A stretch of 64,000 bases of DNA, from the IMG/VR virus record IMGVR_UViG_3300027971_000044, positions 1 through 64,000 of that record. One strand, written 5' to 3'. The stretch is from a virus. The notes below the pieces were generated by a model that saw only the letters and a list, made by a program, of their open reading frames with translations, was not told the origin of the DNA and did no database searches. This document shows positions 53,907 to 64,000 of this stretch, piece by piece; position 1 is the first letter of the stretch; every line of letters begins with the position of its first letter. The translations under genes were made by a program, and so were the position numbers.

Positions 53907-56672
53907 ATGGCTTATGAAGATCTAGATGATTATAGCGTAGGCGCTGCAGGCAGCGATACGTTTGATATTGTCATCCCAGACTTAGATCCATCTACAGCAT
54001 ATCCAATTCAATTCAGATGGCAGTTTGCAGATAAAACCGTAGGTCAATGGTCAGTGGCTAAAATATTAAATACCCCTGAAATTGCTCGTCCAGAATCAAC
54101 AAACATAGTTGCAGTATGGAATGGAATAAATTTAGAAATTACTTGGGATGCGCCAAGTCTTGCAAATGGGTTTGTTATATATTTGACATCTGGATCAACC
54201 ACAGTTCCATTTGGTTATACGCTAGATAAAAGCAAAACAGCACAGAAAGCAATTATTACAGCACAAAATCTTAGAGATAGTTTTTCTGGAGTATTTGTTA
54301 CAACGCTTACGGGACTTTTAAAGACCACATATATAGATACATCAACCAGCGGATCAGCATTTACAATTCCAGCTTACTCAGACCCACTGGCTGGGGCGGC
54401 AATTTTAGATTCTAGTTGGGCAATTACTGCAGTAGATTTAGGATTTTCTGTTAGCTGGGATGCTATACCAACAACAGGAACATATTGGGAAACCGTTGTT
54501 TACAAGTCTTCAACAGCAAATGGAACATATCTTCCAGTCGGAAGCGCAACAAATGCTCCAGTTATAATTAAAGAATTAAATACAGTATATATTAAAATTA
54601 GACACCGCCTAATAACTGGAGGATATTCAGCCTACTCAAATTATAAAGTTGGAGCAGCCTACGTTCCAATTGTATTTGATACAACTCCACCAAATGACGC
54701 AACTGGAGTTTCTGCAGCATGGTCTGGCGACGATATTGTTGTATCTTATACTATGCCAGACACAGACTCGGGTGCAAGATTTGAAATTGTTTTAACAAAT
54801 AGCGGAGTATCTCGAACATTTTTTAAATGGCCTTCATCTCAAACTGGGGCAGGATCTGTAAAGATAACAGATTCAGAGCTATTTGCTCAGTTTGGACAAA
54901 GATACACATCCTATACTGGCCTAATAAAATCTATTGATAGTGGAGAAAATAAAACATCAGGAGTTGCATTTACTGTTGCATCAAAAGTAAATGCCCTAGC
55001 AGCAATCGTTCCAACGTTTACTGTTACTCAAATATCAAATGGATACACTGTTGTATATTCCTTACCATCTGGAGCCTCTTATGCTAAAGTATATGAAGGA
55101 GCAACATCAGGATTTACTCCAAACGATTCTACAAATTTAGTTTATTCTGGATCAAGTCCAGGAGTAGTAATTAATTCAACATACTCTGAAGTTTTTATTA
55201 AGATAAAATATTTTGCTATAGACGGAAGCTCTTCATTATCATCAGCAGCACAAGCAGTTACCCCACTAGAAGCAGGAATGCTTTCTTTAATTGCCAATGA
55301 AGTTAAGATAAGCACAACAGGATCTATTCTTGCGGGAGATTCTGCAACAAGCGGTGGAAGAGCAATATTAAATAAAACGGGTTTGTATGTATACAACACT
55401 GGAGGATCACCTTCAACTCAAATTATAGCTAACGCTACAGACGGAAGCCCTACTTTAATAACAACAAATGCAAAAATTGCAGACTGGATGGTTTATTCGG
55501 GTAAGATTGAAAATACATTACATGCAGGAACAACGCAATATACTGGGTTATCTCCAAGTGGTACGTACGCCTTCTGGGCTGGCTCAACTACAGCGGGTGG
55601 AGATGCCTCTGCTAAATTTTCTGTAACTCCAGCAGGTGCAGTTATAGCAAGAAATATTTCTGTATATGGCGGAACCCTATCTGTCGGAGCAAATTTTGAT
55701 GTAACTTCAAACGGAGTACTTACGGCAACATCTGCAAACGTAACGGGAACAATTAATGCTCAGGCGGGTGTATTTAAAGGAACAGTGGACGTTGGAAGTG
55801 CCACAGATACTGGCGGAGTATTGAGAGTATCCGCTGGATCTGGAACAATTTTAATTGGTACAAATGCTTTAATTAATGGAACAACAACAGCTGCAATTAC
55901 AGCATCAAGCGGGGGAACAACAAACTTTTATGTAAGAGCCTCAGATGGATATTTATTTAGTCAGTATGGAAAAATTGGCGGATGGGATATTGGAACTTCA
56001 AAACTAAGTGGTGGAGGAGGAGCATCTGCTGTAGGATTACAAATTGATGCTACAGCTGGAGGATATGCGTTTTGGGCAGGAGCGGGAACCCCAGATACAA
56101 ATACCCCATTTTCAGTAACAAATACTGGAGTACTACGTGCAACAGGCGCAATAATTAGCGGACAAATATCAGTAACGTCTGGAAAAATTGGAAACCAAAC
56201 GACGGGCTGGAATATTAATGGAACAACTTTAGAATCATATGGATATCCAGTTGGAACATCACCGCTTTTATTAAATTCAAGTACAGGAACAATTTCTGGC
56301 GGTTTAATAACTGGAGTAAAATTAATAGCATCAGCATTTGAATTTACAGCAGGATCAGATTATTTAAAATCCGACGGATCATTTCGTTTAGGAAATGGAA
56401 TTTTATCATACTCTGGTTCAGAAATTCTTGTTGGTGCAAATCTTAAGTTTACCCCAGATACTAGAGTTGTTGATGATGATAATGACTACGGTAATTCAAG
56501 CTCTGTTTCAGTAAATACAAATGGAGAATTAACAAGAGGTAGAGCATTTTATTATGGTTCTACAACAATTCCAGGCAGCGGTAATACATCTAGAGCGGTA
56601 TATAACCGTGCAACAAACTCATATCAAACAGTTAGTTTTGTTGCGGGAGATATATGGATGACGGTAGACTAA
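53907..56672 (+). CDS. tail fibre/central fibre protein (FN3 repeats + beta-helix-like repeats)
   Basis: DTTPP, YAFWAG..F.V...G and GKIGGW.I repeats. Confidence 0.75.
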   Translation: MAYEDLDDYSVGAAGSDTFDIVIPDLDPSTAYPIQFRWQFADKTVGQWSVAKILNTPEIARPESTNIVAVWNGINLEITWDAPSLANGFVIYLTSGSTTVPFGYTLDKSKTAQKAIITAQNLRDSFSGVFVTTLTGLLKTTYIDTSTSGSAFTIPAYSDPLAGAAILDSSWAITAVDLGFSVSWDAIPTTGTYWETVVYKSSTANGTYLPVGSATNAPVIIKELNTVYIKIRHRLITGGYSAYSNYKVGAAYVPIVFDTTPPNDATGVSAAWSGDDIVVSYTMPDTDSGARFEIVLTNSGVSRTFFKWPSSQTGAGSVKITDSELFAQFGQRYTSYTGLIKSIDSGENKTSGVAFTVASKVNALAAIVPTFTVTQISNGYTVVYSLPSGASYAKVYEGATSGFTPNDSTNLVYSGSSPGVVINSTYSEVFIKIKYFAIDGSSSLSSAAQAVTPLEAGMLSLIANEVKISTTGSILAGDSATSGGRAILNKTGLYVYNTGGSPSTQIIANATDGSPTLITTNAKIADWMVYSGKIENTLHAGTTQYTGLSPSGTYAFWAGSTTAGGDASAKFSVTPAGAVIARNISVYGGTLSVGANFDVTSNGVLTATSANVTGTINAQAGVFKGTVDVGSATDTGGVLRVSAGSGTILIGTNALINGTTTAAITASSGGTTNFYVRASDGYLFSQYGKIGGWDIGTSKLSGGGGASAVGLQIDATAGGYAFWAGAGTPDTNTPFSVTNTGVLRATGAIISGQISVTSGKIGNQTTGWNINGTTLESYGYPVGTSPLLLNSSTGTISGGLITGVKLIASAFEFTAGSDYLKSDGSFRLGNGILSYSGSEILVGANLKFTPDTRVVDDDNDYGNSSSVSVNTNGELTRGRAFYYGSTTIPGSGNTSRAVYNRATNSYQTVSFVAGDIWMTVD

Positions 56673-59594
56673 ATGGCGTGGTATATATTTAAAGGATCTA
56701 CATATATCCCAGGCTATGGATCTGTAGCAAGTTGGACAAAAATTAAAAATATTTATAGAAAAACTACCCCATCTTCTTATTCTGGAACATCTGCAACAAA
56801 CTTTACAGATGTATCTAAAGAATGGCGTAGGTCTTCAGGTTTTTATAGAAAAACTTCTACTGGATGGAGAAAAGTTTTTACAAAAACTTCTACTGGTGTC
56901 ACCTTTACAACTGGACCAGCAATTCACGTATATTCATCACCTTATCCATACGGTCCAAATAATGGCACAAGCGTTTCGTCACCAAGATATGTAAATGAGG
57001 TTTTATATGGTAAAGATGGAATATGGACTCCAAGAAATGAAACTTCAATATCAAGAAGTTTTCAGGCCGCACTAGCCCCAGACGGATCAAATAGATTTAC
57101 AATTGATAATAACGACGTTTTTGATTTATCAACATCCCCCTCCAATCAAGATTGGGCAGATGAGACGTATCTTTATTATAGGATATCTGTTCAAAATTAT
57201 GGTGATCTGGTAACAGCATCAGCAGGTCCAATAAAATTAATTAAACGGGAATCTTCATTTAATAGTGAAAATTTAACAGGAACAACAACAGTTGGAAGTA
57301 CATTAACTGGAACATATAGCTTAGAAAACCGTTGGTATAACAAGCCAGAACTATATAACTCTTATATAAGATGGTGGAGAAGTACTAGCAATGATCCTAG
57401 TGGAACTTTGGTCAGAGAAGAATATTTAGGAGATCATTACAGTACAAATAATTCAACAAGCCTTCAAGGTTCTGATACATATACAATTCAAGCGGCAGAT
57501 GCAGGGTACTACATAGTATTTCAAGTAGTACCATATAATTCGTATAATAGACACTATGGGTATCAAACATATATGTCAACCCCATCAAATATAATTAGTG
57601 CTCCAATTACAATATCAAATGTAAACTTTACAGATAGTAATGGTCGTTCTGGTAAAAATGCTAAAGGAAATTTAGTTACTAGTACAGCAACCTACTTAAA
57701 TTGGACTGTTGGTGGAGTAACACCAAGTACAACATTTAGAGTTAGATATCGTGTATTAAATAATCAAAATGGATTATACTATAATCCAAATGACCCAACC
57801 ACATCTTTAGCTGCTGGAAGCGCTTGGCAAACCTATACAAAAAATTATAATGGAACGGGAGACATAAGTAGTATTTCTATAAATGGTTCAACGGCTACCC
57901 TATATGATGCTTTTACAATTAATTCAACTTTTAATGGATCAACATATGGTGGAGGAATATCAAGATGGTCATTCCAATATGAAATAAGCGTTGTCAATTC
58001 TTCTGGTACCAGATACTATTGGGTTTATCCAAGCGGTGTGTCTACGTCTCAAGCTAATGATTATTGGGATATTGATCCAACAACAAACCCATCAATTTCT
58101 GCAAGCTCATCATCTATTGCTACAGGTGGCTCAGTTACATTTACAGGTACATTTAATTCATATCCAACATCATTAAGCTCATACCCTGAATCGTATAGAT
58201 TAGTTTACGGAGACGGATCAAATTCAGGATGGATTACATTGTCCGCAGGTACTGCAAATCAAAATTATAGTCAATCACACACGTATAATTCTGTTGGAAC
58301 ATACTATCCATATGTAGAAACTACTCCATCGTATACAACTAATTCTACAACCGTAACAGTAGCTAATGCTATAACAACACCGACAGGTCTTTCTGGGTAT
58401 GCAAATGGATCTACGGCCACTCAATCAATTACTTTAAATTGGAATGCAACATCGGATGCAAATACTTATGAATTATTTTTTAATGGGAATGCAATTCCTC
58501 CAACAGATTACGCAGCCTATGCAGACTATAAAGGAATAACCACAAATACATATACAACTCCTGTAATATTTTCAGCTTCAAATACTTATTATTGGTATGT
58601 TAGAGGAAAGGGCAGCTCTGGAACATTTAGCACATGGAGTCCTGCCGCATCTGTTACAACAAATGCACAAGTTGTAAAACTTTCTACTCCTTCTGGAGTA
58701 TCTGCTACTACAACAAGAACAGATGGAGTGAACATTACATGGAATGCCGTATCTGGTGCATCTTACTATGGAATTTGGTATGGTGGTGCGCCAGGATACG
58801 ATTATTTAGCAGACTTCGGAGGAAATAGAAATACATCACTAATAACTGGAACATCATATTTAGATACAAGTATTTCTTCAGGCTCATCTAGAGATTATTA
58901 TGTACAAGCTTATAAATCTGGAGATCCGACAGGAACAAAATCTGATTGGAGTAGCGTTGCAACTGGAACTAGGGCAGTTGCTTTGGCAGTCCCATCAACA
59001 CCAACTGGGTTATCTGCATCTTCAAATAGAACTACCGATGTATTTATTAGTTGGAACGCAGTTTCTGGTGCAACATCTTATGAAATTTACTGGGGAGGAA
59101 CTCCACAAGATTACTATACTCCAGATTTTTATCCAGGAAGCTCTACTTATTATTTTGATAGTGGGCTTAGTCAGGGCTCTTATAGAACATATTACGTCAG
59201 AGCTAGGAATGCATCTGGTGCATCATCGTGGTCTGGTGGGGTAGTTGGATATAGAGCCGCTCCCGTATTAACTCCAGCCACAGCACCAGGAACAGTTGGA
59301 ACTCCCACAAACGGATGGACTAGCGGAACAGCATATCCATTTAGCTGGAGTGCTCCAAGCGCTGGCACAGTTAGTGGTGGTGGGGCGGCATCAATTTCAT
59401 ACTATAACCTTTATGTGTATGAGGCAACCAATAGCTCTGGAAGCGGATATTATCAAATAAACTCGTATACAGTTTATGGAACAAGTTTTAATTATACCTC
59501 GCCTAATGCTTCGCTATACTATGCCTGTCAAGTTAGTGCTGTAAACACAGCAGGTCTTACAGGTGGTTTATCAGGATTTAGTGCTTTCAGATGA
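56673..59594 (+). CDS. FN3/PKD-domain receptor-binding-like protein
   Basis: YGDGS..SHTY...GTY (PKD); several P.GLSA...WNAVSGA.SY.IY FN3 repeats. Confidence 0.75.
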   Translation: MAWYIFKGSTYIPGYGSVASWTKIKNIYRKTTPSSYSGTSATNFTDVSKEWRRSSGFYRKTSTGWRKVFTKTSTGVTFTTGPAIHVYSSPYPYGPNNGTSVSSPRYVNEVLYGKDGIWTPRNETSISRSFQAALAPDGSNRFTIDNNDVFDLSTSPSNQDWADETYLYYRISVQNYGDLVTASAGPIKLIKRESSFNSENLTGTTTVGSTLTGTYSLENRWYNKPELYNSYIRWWRSTSNDPSGTLVREEYLGDHYSTNNSTSLQGSDTYTIQAADAGYYIVFQVVPYNSYNRHYGYQTYMSTPSNIISAPITISNVNFTDSNGRSGKNAKGNLVTSTATYLNWTVGGVTPSTTFRVRYRVLNNQNGLYYNPNDPTTSLAAGSAWQTYTKNYNGTGDISSISINGSTATLYDAFTINSTFNGSTYGGGISRWSFQYEISVVNSSGTRYYWVYPSGVSTSQANDYWDIDPTTNPSISASSSSIATGGSVTFTGTFNSYPTSLSSYPESYRLVYGDGSNSGWITLSAGTANQNYSQSHTYNSVGTYYPYVETTPSYTTNSTTVTVANAITTPTGLSGYANGSTATQSITLNWNATSDANTYELFFNGNAIPPTDYAAYADYKGITTNTYTTPVIFSASNTYYWYVRGKGSSGTFSTWSPAASVTTNAQVVKLSTPSGVSATTTRTDGVNITWNAVSGASYYGIWYGGAPGYDYLADFGGNRNTSLITGTSYLDTSISSGSSRDYYVQAYKSGDPTGTKSDWSSVATGTRAVALAVPSTPTGLSASSNRTTDVFISWNAVSGATSYEIYWGGTPQDYYTPDFYPGSSTYYFDSGLSQGSYRTYYVRARNASGASSWSGGVVGYRAAPVLTPATAPGTVGTPTNGWTSGTAYPFSWSAPSAGTVSGGGAASISYYNLYVYEATNSSGSGYYQINSYTVYGTSFNYTSPNASLYYACQVSAVNTAGLTGGLSGFSAFR

Positions 59595-59797
59595 TAAATA
59601 AAATAGAGATAATAACAGAAAGAATATCAAATATTCAATTTCACATAGATCATGTTAATCACGTTATAGACAATCCAGGGATGTATAATACGCCAAGTAA
59701 TAAAACTGAAGTAAACTTAGTTCAATATTTACAAGATTTAACGTCTGCGAAGCAGGCGCTAGAAGCAGAAAAGGAAGCCTTGACTAATCAAGGCTAA
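59591..59797 (+). CDS. small coiled-coil hypothetical protein
   Basis: ATGA overlap; similar pattern to 59824. Confidence 0.6.
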   Translation: MINKIEIITERISNIQFHIDHVNHVIDNPGMYNTPSNKTEVNLVQYLQDLTSAKQALEAEKEALTNQG

Positions 59798-59823
59798 ATG
59801 ATATAATATGAAAGGAGGCAAAA

Positions 59824-60048
59824 ATGACAACTACTTTAACAAACGAAGAGAAGATTGCAATTATTGATTTACACCTTAAATCAATTGATTATTCCCTATA
59901 TGGATTTGAGCTTGATTTAGCAGAAGCAAATGCTGTATTGAGTCCAGATACAGATTTAATATCTAGCATTACAACTAGAAAAGCGGCAGCAACTGCAAAA
60001 AGAAACGTTCTAATTGCAGAAAAAGAAACCCTAACAGAAGGAGCATAA
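59824..60048 (+). CDS. small coiled-coil hypothetical protein
   Basis: SD GGAGG; promoter TTGACT-N16-TATAAT at 59780-59807. Confidence 0.7.
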   Translation: MTTTLTNEEKIAIIDLHLKSIDYSLYGFELDLAEANAVLSPDTDLISSITTRKAAATAKRNVLIAEKETLTEGA

Positions 60049-60049
60049 A

Positions 60050-60244
60050 TTGGCAGATAAAGCTGAATTAGTTATAACTGCATTGCAACAACGCATTGGT
60101 GAGATTGTCTCAAACTATGAGACGCAAATTGCTATTTTACGTGCAGAGCTAACACAAAATATGATTGAAAAAGAAGACAAGCTTAATGCTGTCAAAGAAT
60201 ATTCAGAACAAATGGAAACATTTGCAGAAGTTTCTGAAATTTAA
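60050..60244 (+). CDS. small coiled-coil hypothetical protein
   Basis: TTG start with SD GGAG; ALQQRIGE.V.NYETQIA.LRAE. Confidence 0.7.
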   Translation: MADKAELVITALQQRIGEIVSNYETQIAILRAELTQNMIEKEDKLNAVKEYSEQMETFAEVSEI

Positions 60245-60257
60245 ATAGGAGAAATAA

Positions 60258-60704
60258 ATGGCAACAAATGAATTTATACCAGTTGTTTTTAATGACGGAG
60301 AACCGTTAGATCCTACCAAGCTTAATAATTTGGTTAGAAACATTAATAACGTTTATCAGTCAGCTTCAATTTCTTTGTCTAATCAAACAATGTCTGGCGT
60401 AACAACTCTTCAAACACCAGTAATATTTACCTATAGATACAGTTTTCAGAATGTTAAAGCTGCCGCTTCAGCACAAACACATACTTTTAATTTTAATGGT
60501 AAATTTACTGATGCTGAATTAACTGCAAATAAAGTTTTTGTTACAACAGGAATAACAAATGCAATAGGAGATAACGATAATGTTAATGTTGCTATAGGCG
60601 ATATTAAAACAGGAGCACCAAAGATTTATTGCAGCATGACTGGATCTGGAACAAGAAATGTATCCGTAGATGTAATAGCTATCTGCATGAGGGACATAGT
60701 TTAG
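60258..60704 (+). CDS. virion-associated hypothetical protein
   Basis: FNDGEPLDPTKLN N-terminal motif; SD GGAG. Confidence 0.65.
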   Translation: MATNEFIPVVFNDGEPLDPTKLNNLVRNINNVYQSASISLSNQTMSGVTTLQTPVIFTYRYSFQNVKAAASAQTHTFNFNGKFTDAELTANKVFVTTGITNAIGDNDNVNVAIGDIKTGAPKIYCSMTGSGTRNVSVDVIAICMRDIV

Positions 60705-60708
60705 CCCC

Positions 60709-60736
60709 TTGACAAGCCCCACCAATATGTTACAAT
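60709..60736 (+). promoter_or_regulatory. promoter of replication module
   Basis: TTGACA-N16-TACAAT with TG extension, overlapped by a palindrome. Confidence 0.65.
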
Positions 60737-60748
60737 TACTGTAACATC

Positions 60749-60773
60749 AAAGTCACGTACCCGTGACTTTTTT
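60749..60773 (+). terminator. hairpin plus U-tract
   Basis: AAAGTCACG-TACC-CGTGACTTT-TTT. Confidence 0.55.
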
Positions 60774-60790
60774 ACATATTAAGGTAGAAA

Positions 60791-61591
60791 ATGAGCAACG
60801 ATTTAAAATGGATGCTTTCATCCGATCAGCAGTTTCCGTATCAAGATGATAAGATGATAGCCCTTTGGTTTAAAGTAATGAAATGGTTTAAGCCAGATGT
60901 CGTTGACTACCTTGGGGATACAGATGATCAAGCCTGTTATAGCAAGTATACTGAGGGACGCTCAGCTGAGTTTTTAAACTATCATAAAAATGATAGCAAA
61001 GATCTTATTGTTCCAATGATGCGACATGAAGCAAAGGGCGCAAGAGATTTTTATGCAAAGACAAGAGAGATGCTTCCAGACGCACAACTTTTTTCAGCAT
61101 TAGGAAACCATGATATAAGAGTATTTAATTATGTAGATGCAAAGCTTCCTGATTATATTACCGAAGTTACACCAGAGTCGCTCTGGAGTCTAGACTCATT
61201 GGGGTATGAATACATCTATTATAATGAATTGCCAAAGCGTCGCTTTGGAGATATTCACGTACACCACGGACTTTCTATTTCTGCTACAGGCGCAGTAAGA
61301 AAAGATATGGAAGACCTACAGGTTTCCCTTATTCGTGGACACTCACACAGAATTGCTTCACATATGGTAACATATGAACTTAGAAACGGCGGAGAAGGAG
61401 AAACCCTTCGCGGCTATGAAATTGGACATATGTGTGATGAAAAGAGTGATGGAATGAAGTATAGCCAGCACCATGATTGGCAAAAGGGATTTGCCGTTGC
61501 CCATATTGTAAATGATTATCCACATATTCAGATGATTCATATTGCACCAGATTACTCTTGTGTAGTTGATGGAAAGGTATTTACCTTATAA
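60791..61591 (+). CDS. calcineurin-like metallophosphoesterase
   Basis: SDQQFP, LGD.DD, GNHD, HHG, GHSH. Confidence 0.88.
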   Translation: MSNDLKWMLSSDQQFPYQDDKMIALWFKVMKWFKPDVVDYLGDTDDQACYSKYTEGRSAEFLNYHKNDSKDLIVPMMRHEAKGARDFYAKTREMLPDAQLFSALGNHDIRVFNYVDAKLPDYITEVTPESLWSLDSLGYEYIYYNELPKRRFGDIHVHHGLSISATGAVRKDMEDLQVSLIRGHSHRIASHMVTYELRNGGEGETLRGYEIGHMCDEKSDGMKYSQHHDWQKGFAVAHIVNDYPHIQMIHIAPDYSCVVDGKVFTL

Positions 61592-61776
61592 TGTGGTGTG
61601 GAAAATGTAGAGGCAGAGTCTTTGTTGACAGAGTTTTTTCTCAAAAATTACATGTAGAGTTATTTTGTATCATGTGCGGCAAACGCTGGATGTGCAATAA
61701 AGAGACGAGTGCTTTCGGAAGATGGCTAGAAAAAAAAGAAACAGCAACCTTAAAAAACTACGGTATTTTTTCTTAA
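61591..61776 (+). CDS. Zn-ribbon protein
   Basis: CGKC...CIMCGKRW; TAATG coupled. Confidence 0.75.
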   Translation: MWCGKCRGRVFVDRVFSQKLHVELFCIMCGKRWMCNKETSAFGRWLEKKETATLKNYGIFS

Positions 61777-62204
61777 ACGATAAGATACACAAGGTAATTA
61801 AATCATCTCGATCAAAGGATGAGATAGTCGCTTGGTGCTACCCAGATAAAAAGAGAGTGATGTATTCTTACTCTCAAGTTGAAAAATATATGGGTAAAGC
61901 TTATGCAATGAGGGATGTTTCAGCATTATTAAATAAACATACTGTTACTTTACATGATTATATTTTGGAGGGCAAGATAAAGGCTCCCCAAAAGATATAT
62001 CCTATAGGAGATCCAGATAATAAGAACTGGTCTAAGTATATGTTTTGTGAGAAGGATATATTAGAGATACATGAGTTTATATTAGATTCAGGTCATTCGG
62101 GAAATGTTCCTTCAAGAACAGAGCTCTTAGGGCTTCTCAAACACAACATTATATTGTATACTAAGACAGACAGCGGCTTCATCCCAGTCTGGAAGGCGGA
62201 GTAA
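61722..62204 (+). CDS. HTH (MerR-like) DNA-binding protein
   Basis: YAMRDVSALLNKHTVTLHDYILEGKI..P. Confidence 0.65.
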   Translation: MARKKRNSNLKKLRYFFLNDKIHKVIKSSRSKDEIVAWCYPDKKRVMYSYSQVEKYMGKAYAMRDVSALLNKHTVTLHDYILEGKIKAPQKIYPIGDPDNKNWSKYMFCEKDILEIHEFILDSGHSGNVPSRTELLGLLKHNIILYTKTDSGFIPVWKAE

Positions 62205-62341
62205 TGACATTCAATGCACAGTACACCCTTGAAACGGGAGCAGCAAAGAAGCGCAAGAGAGAAGAGGAAGTTGCTTACTGGAACTCGTTAAACGGTCCAG
62301 TAGTAATTAAAAGCGTTAAAGGTGATGACGATGGCGAGTAG
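62204..62341 (+). CDS. 45 aa hypothetical protein
   Basis: MTFNAQYTLETGAAKKRKREEEVAYWNSLNGPVVIKSVKGDDDGE*; TAATG coupled. Confidence 0.6.
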   Translation: MTFNAQYTLETGAAKKRKREEEVAYWNSLNGPVVIKSVKGDDDGE

Positions 62342-62441
62342 TCGTATTGTGATTTGCCCAATTTGTAAAAAGGAATTAGAAGTTAGATCAGATTTTGCCC
62401 ATATGACATTATCTAACCATACAAATAAGGAGCATAAGTGA
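62331..62441 (+). CDS. 36 aa C2H2-type zinc-finger peptide
   Basis: MASSRIVICPICKKELEVRSDFAHMTLSNHTNKEHK*; SD AAGGTG; GTGA overlap with next gene. Confidence 0.6.
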   Translation: MASSRIVICPICKKELEVRSDFAHMTLSNHTNKEHK

Positions 62442-62641
62442 CAACGAGAGTTAAGGTGGACTTATCGTTCACACGCAATCTAGGTAACTACGAGAGCATT
62501 AAAATTGGTGTAGGCATTGAAGATGATCTTCGAGACGGAGAAAATGTAGATGCTGCTACTGAGAGAGTCTATAAGTTTGTTGAAGACAAGCTTATTGAAA
62601 AGACTCGTGAGGTGGAAGAAGAATTAAAACGTGGCAAATGA
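62438..62641 (+). CDS. hypothetical replication-module protein
   Basis: GTG start, SD AAGGAG; TRNLGNYESIKI motif. Confidence 0.75.
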   Translation: MTTRVKVDLSFTRNLGNYESIKIGVGIEDDLRDGENVDAATERVYKFVEDKLIEKTREVEEELKRGK

Positions 62642-62948
62642 GAAAGAGCCCTACGTCTTAATTGGATTGTACCTATCCTTGTATAAGGAAAGATATAACA
62701 AATCACTTACTGTAAACAAGTTTAGAGAGAAGTGGGCCATGAATGATGTTATAGAGAGCGTTGGTTTTCAACGTGCTCAGGAACTATTAATATACTATTT
62801 CTCTACTAATAAGACAGGGCACCCATTAAATTTCTTTTATAATAACTTTGATAGAATTGATGCCTTAAATAAAGAAATTAAGAAAGACAAGTTTAACCGT
62901 AGCATTCTATTGAATGAGACTAAGAAGATGGTGGAGGGCGAAGAGTGA
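62631..62948 (+). CDS. hypothetical protein upstream of helicase (possible loader/initiator partner)
   Basis: GTG start; coupled to helicase by GTGA overlap. Confidence 0.65.
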   Translation: MANEKEPYVLIGLYLSLYKERYNKSLTVNKFREKWAMNDVIESVGFQRAQELLIYYFSTNKTGHPLNFFYNNFDRIDALNKEIKKDKFNRSILLNETKKMVEGEE

Positions 62949-64000
62949 ATACAGAAGCAACACTAATATCTGCTGTGTGCAAGAACAAAGATATCAGCAC
63001 ACTACTGGCAGACAATGTAGATGAGCTTTTTACATCACATAGAGATATTTGGGAAAGCCTAAAGTCATACTATTATAAGTTTAAAGCAGTTCCTGAAGCA
63101 GGAGTTCTTATGGAGCGCCATAAAGACTTTGAGCCAGTAGAGGCTAAGGCAGAGACTGGTTACTATTTAGACATATTAAAGAATGAGTTTATCTCAAACA
63201 AACTTAAGACAATTATTATTCGTGGAGGATCTGCGCTTAAAGAAGATGCAGCATCTAGAGTTCTTGCACAAATGCAAAGCGACCTTGCTAATCTAAGCAG
63301 GTATACTAATAACGTAAGAGATTTAGATATTGTTGATGTTGAAAATGCTGCACGACATTATCAAGCAGTCAAAGATCGTTCATCTATAATGGGCGGAGCC
63401 CCTGGTATTCTAACTGGATTTGAAGCAATTGATAAAGCATATCCAACAGGAATGGCACCAGGACATTTAATTGTTGCAATTGGTTGGCCAGGAAAAGGAA
63501 AGACATGGTTTACCGCTTACCTTGCATGCAAGGCATGGGAACAAGGATTTAAGCCAATGATTGTTTCTCTTGAAATGTCTCCAGAGAATATGCGTGACCG
63601 TATATTTACAATGCTTGGTTCTGGTATATTTCGTGCAAGTGATTTGTCAAAGGGCGATATTAATATTGATGACTTCCGCAACTGGGGAAACAAAAGGTTT
63701 GAGGGAAAGAATAGTTTTGTCCTCATTTCGAATGAGGGTGCATCAGAAGTTACTCCTGCAACTATTCAAGGTAAGATAGATCAGCATAAGCCAGACTTAG
63801 TTATTCTAGATTATCATCAGCTATTTAATGATAACAAGCGTTCACACTCTGAAGTAGAAAGAAATAGAAATGTTTCTCGTGAGTTTAAAATGCTTGCAGT
63901 ATCAAACAATATCCCAATTATTGACATTACTGCTGCAACAGCAGATGATATCTCTGATCAAGATAATCCGCCAATGATGAGCCAAGTTGCTTGGTCTAAA
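62945..64000 (+). CDS. dnaB: DnaB-like replicative helicase (truncated by window end)
   Basis: Not in ORF track; GTG start MNTEATLISAV..., TGF..ID, Walker A GWPGKGKT, SLEM, VILDY.QL, VSREFK. Confidence 0.92.
   Translation, partial: MNTEATLISAVCKNKDISTLLADNVDELFTSHRDIWESLKSYYYKFKAVPEAGVLMERHKDFEPVEAKAETGYYLDILKNEFISNKLKTIIIRGGSALKEDAASRVLAQMQSDLANLSRYTNNVRDLDIVDVENAARHYQAVKDRSSIMGGAPGILTGFEAIDKAYPTGMAPGHLIVAIGWPGKGKTWFTAYLACKAWEQGFKPMIVSLEMSPENMRDRIFTMLGSGIFRASDLSKGDINIDDFRNWGNKRFEGKNSFVLISNEGASEVTPATIQGKIDQHKPDLVILDYHQLFNDNKRSHSEVERNRNVSREFKMLAVSNNIPIIDITAATADDISDQDNPPMMSQVAWSK

Noticed and set aside
5426-63779. Many antisense and alternate-frame ORFs (e.g. 5426-6142, 15730-16368, 34543-35262, 63517-63726)
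   Set aside because: They lie within well-supported genes and are explained by codon bias and low-complexity Gly/Thr/Ala coding.
1-64000. Stop-codon reassignment, introns or inteins
   Set aside because: Standard code gives full-length genes with all three stops in use; nrdJ and the visible part of dnaB show no intein or intron interruptions.

Overview
This window is part of a large, AT-rich tailed dsDNA phage (siphovirus-like). Promoter motifs and leaderless genes suggest an actinobacterial host (inference). From left to right it holds: (1) the edge of a minus-strand early region with tiny ORFs (1-690); (2) a cluster of tiny Zn-finger, HNH and membrane ORFs plus candidate non-coding RNAs (800-3500); (3) a lytic transglycosylase, a GT4 glycosyltransferase, class II ribonucleotide reductase and a holin-like gene; (4) a ~24 kb array of fibre/decoration genes, including seven glycine-rich proteins interleaved with small adaptor-like genes (7.5-32 kb); (5) the head and tail module (portal, protease/scaffold, capsid, neck, major tail, frameshifted tail chaperones, 2180 aa tape measure, baseplate/fibres); (6) the start of the replication module (metallophosphoesterase, HTH protein, DnaB helicase cut off by the window end). 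The most notable signals are: two identically spaced composite early promoters (CRP box + PafBC/RecA-NDp-type TGTCAG-N10-TANNNT); a ~95 nt candidate sRNA bounded by a promoter and terminator; the modular Gly-rich adhesin/adaptor array; and a bracketed insert in the tape measure protein. All product calls come from motif recognition only; no database search was run.
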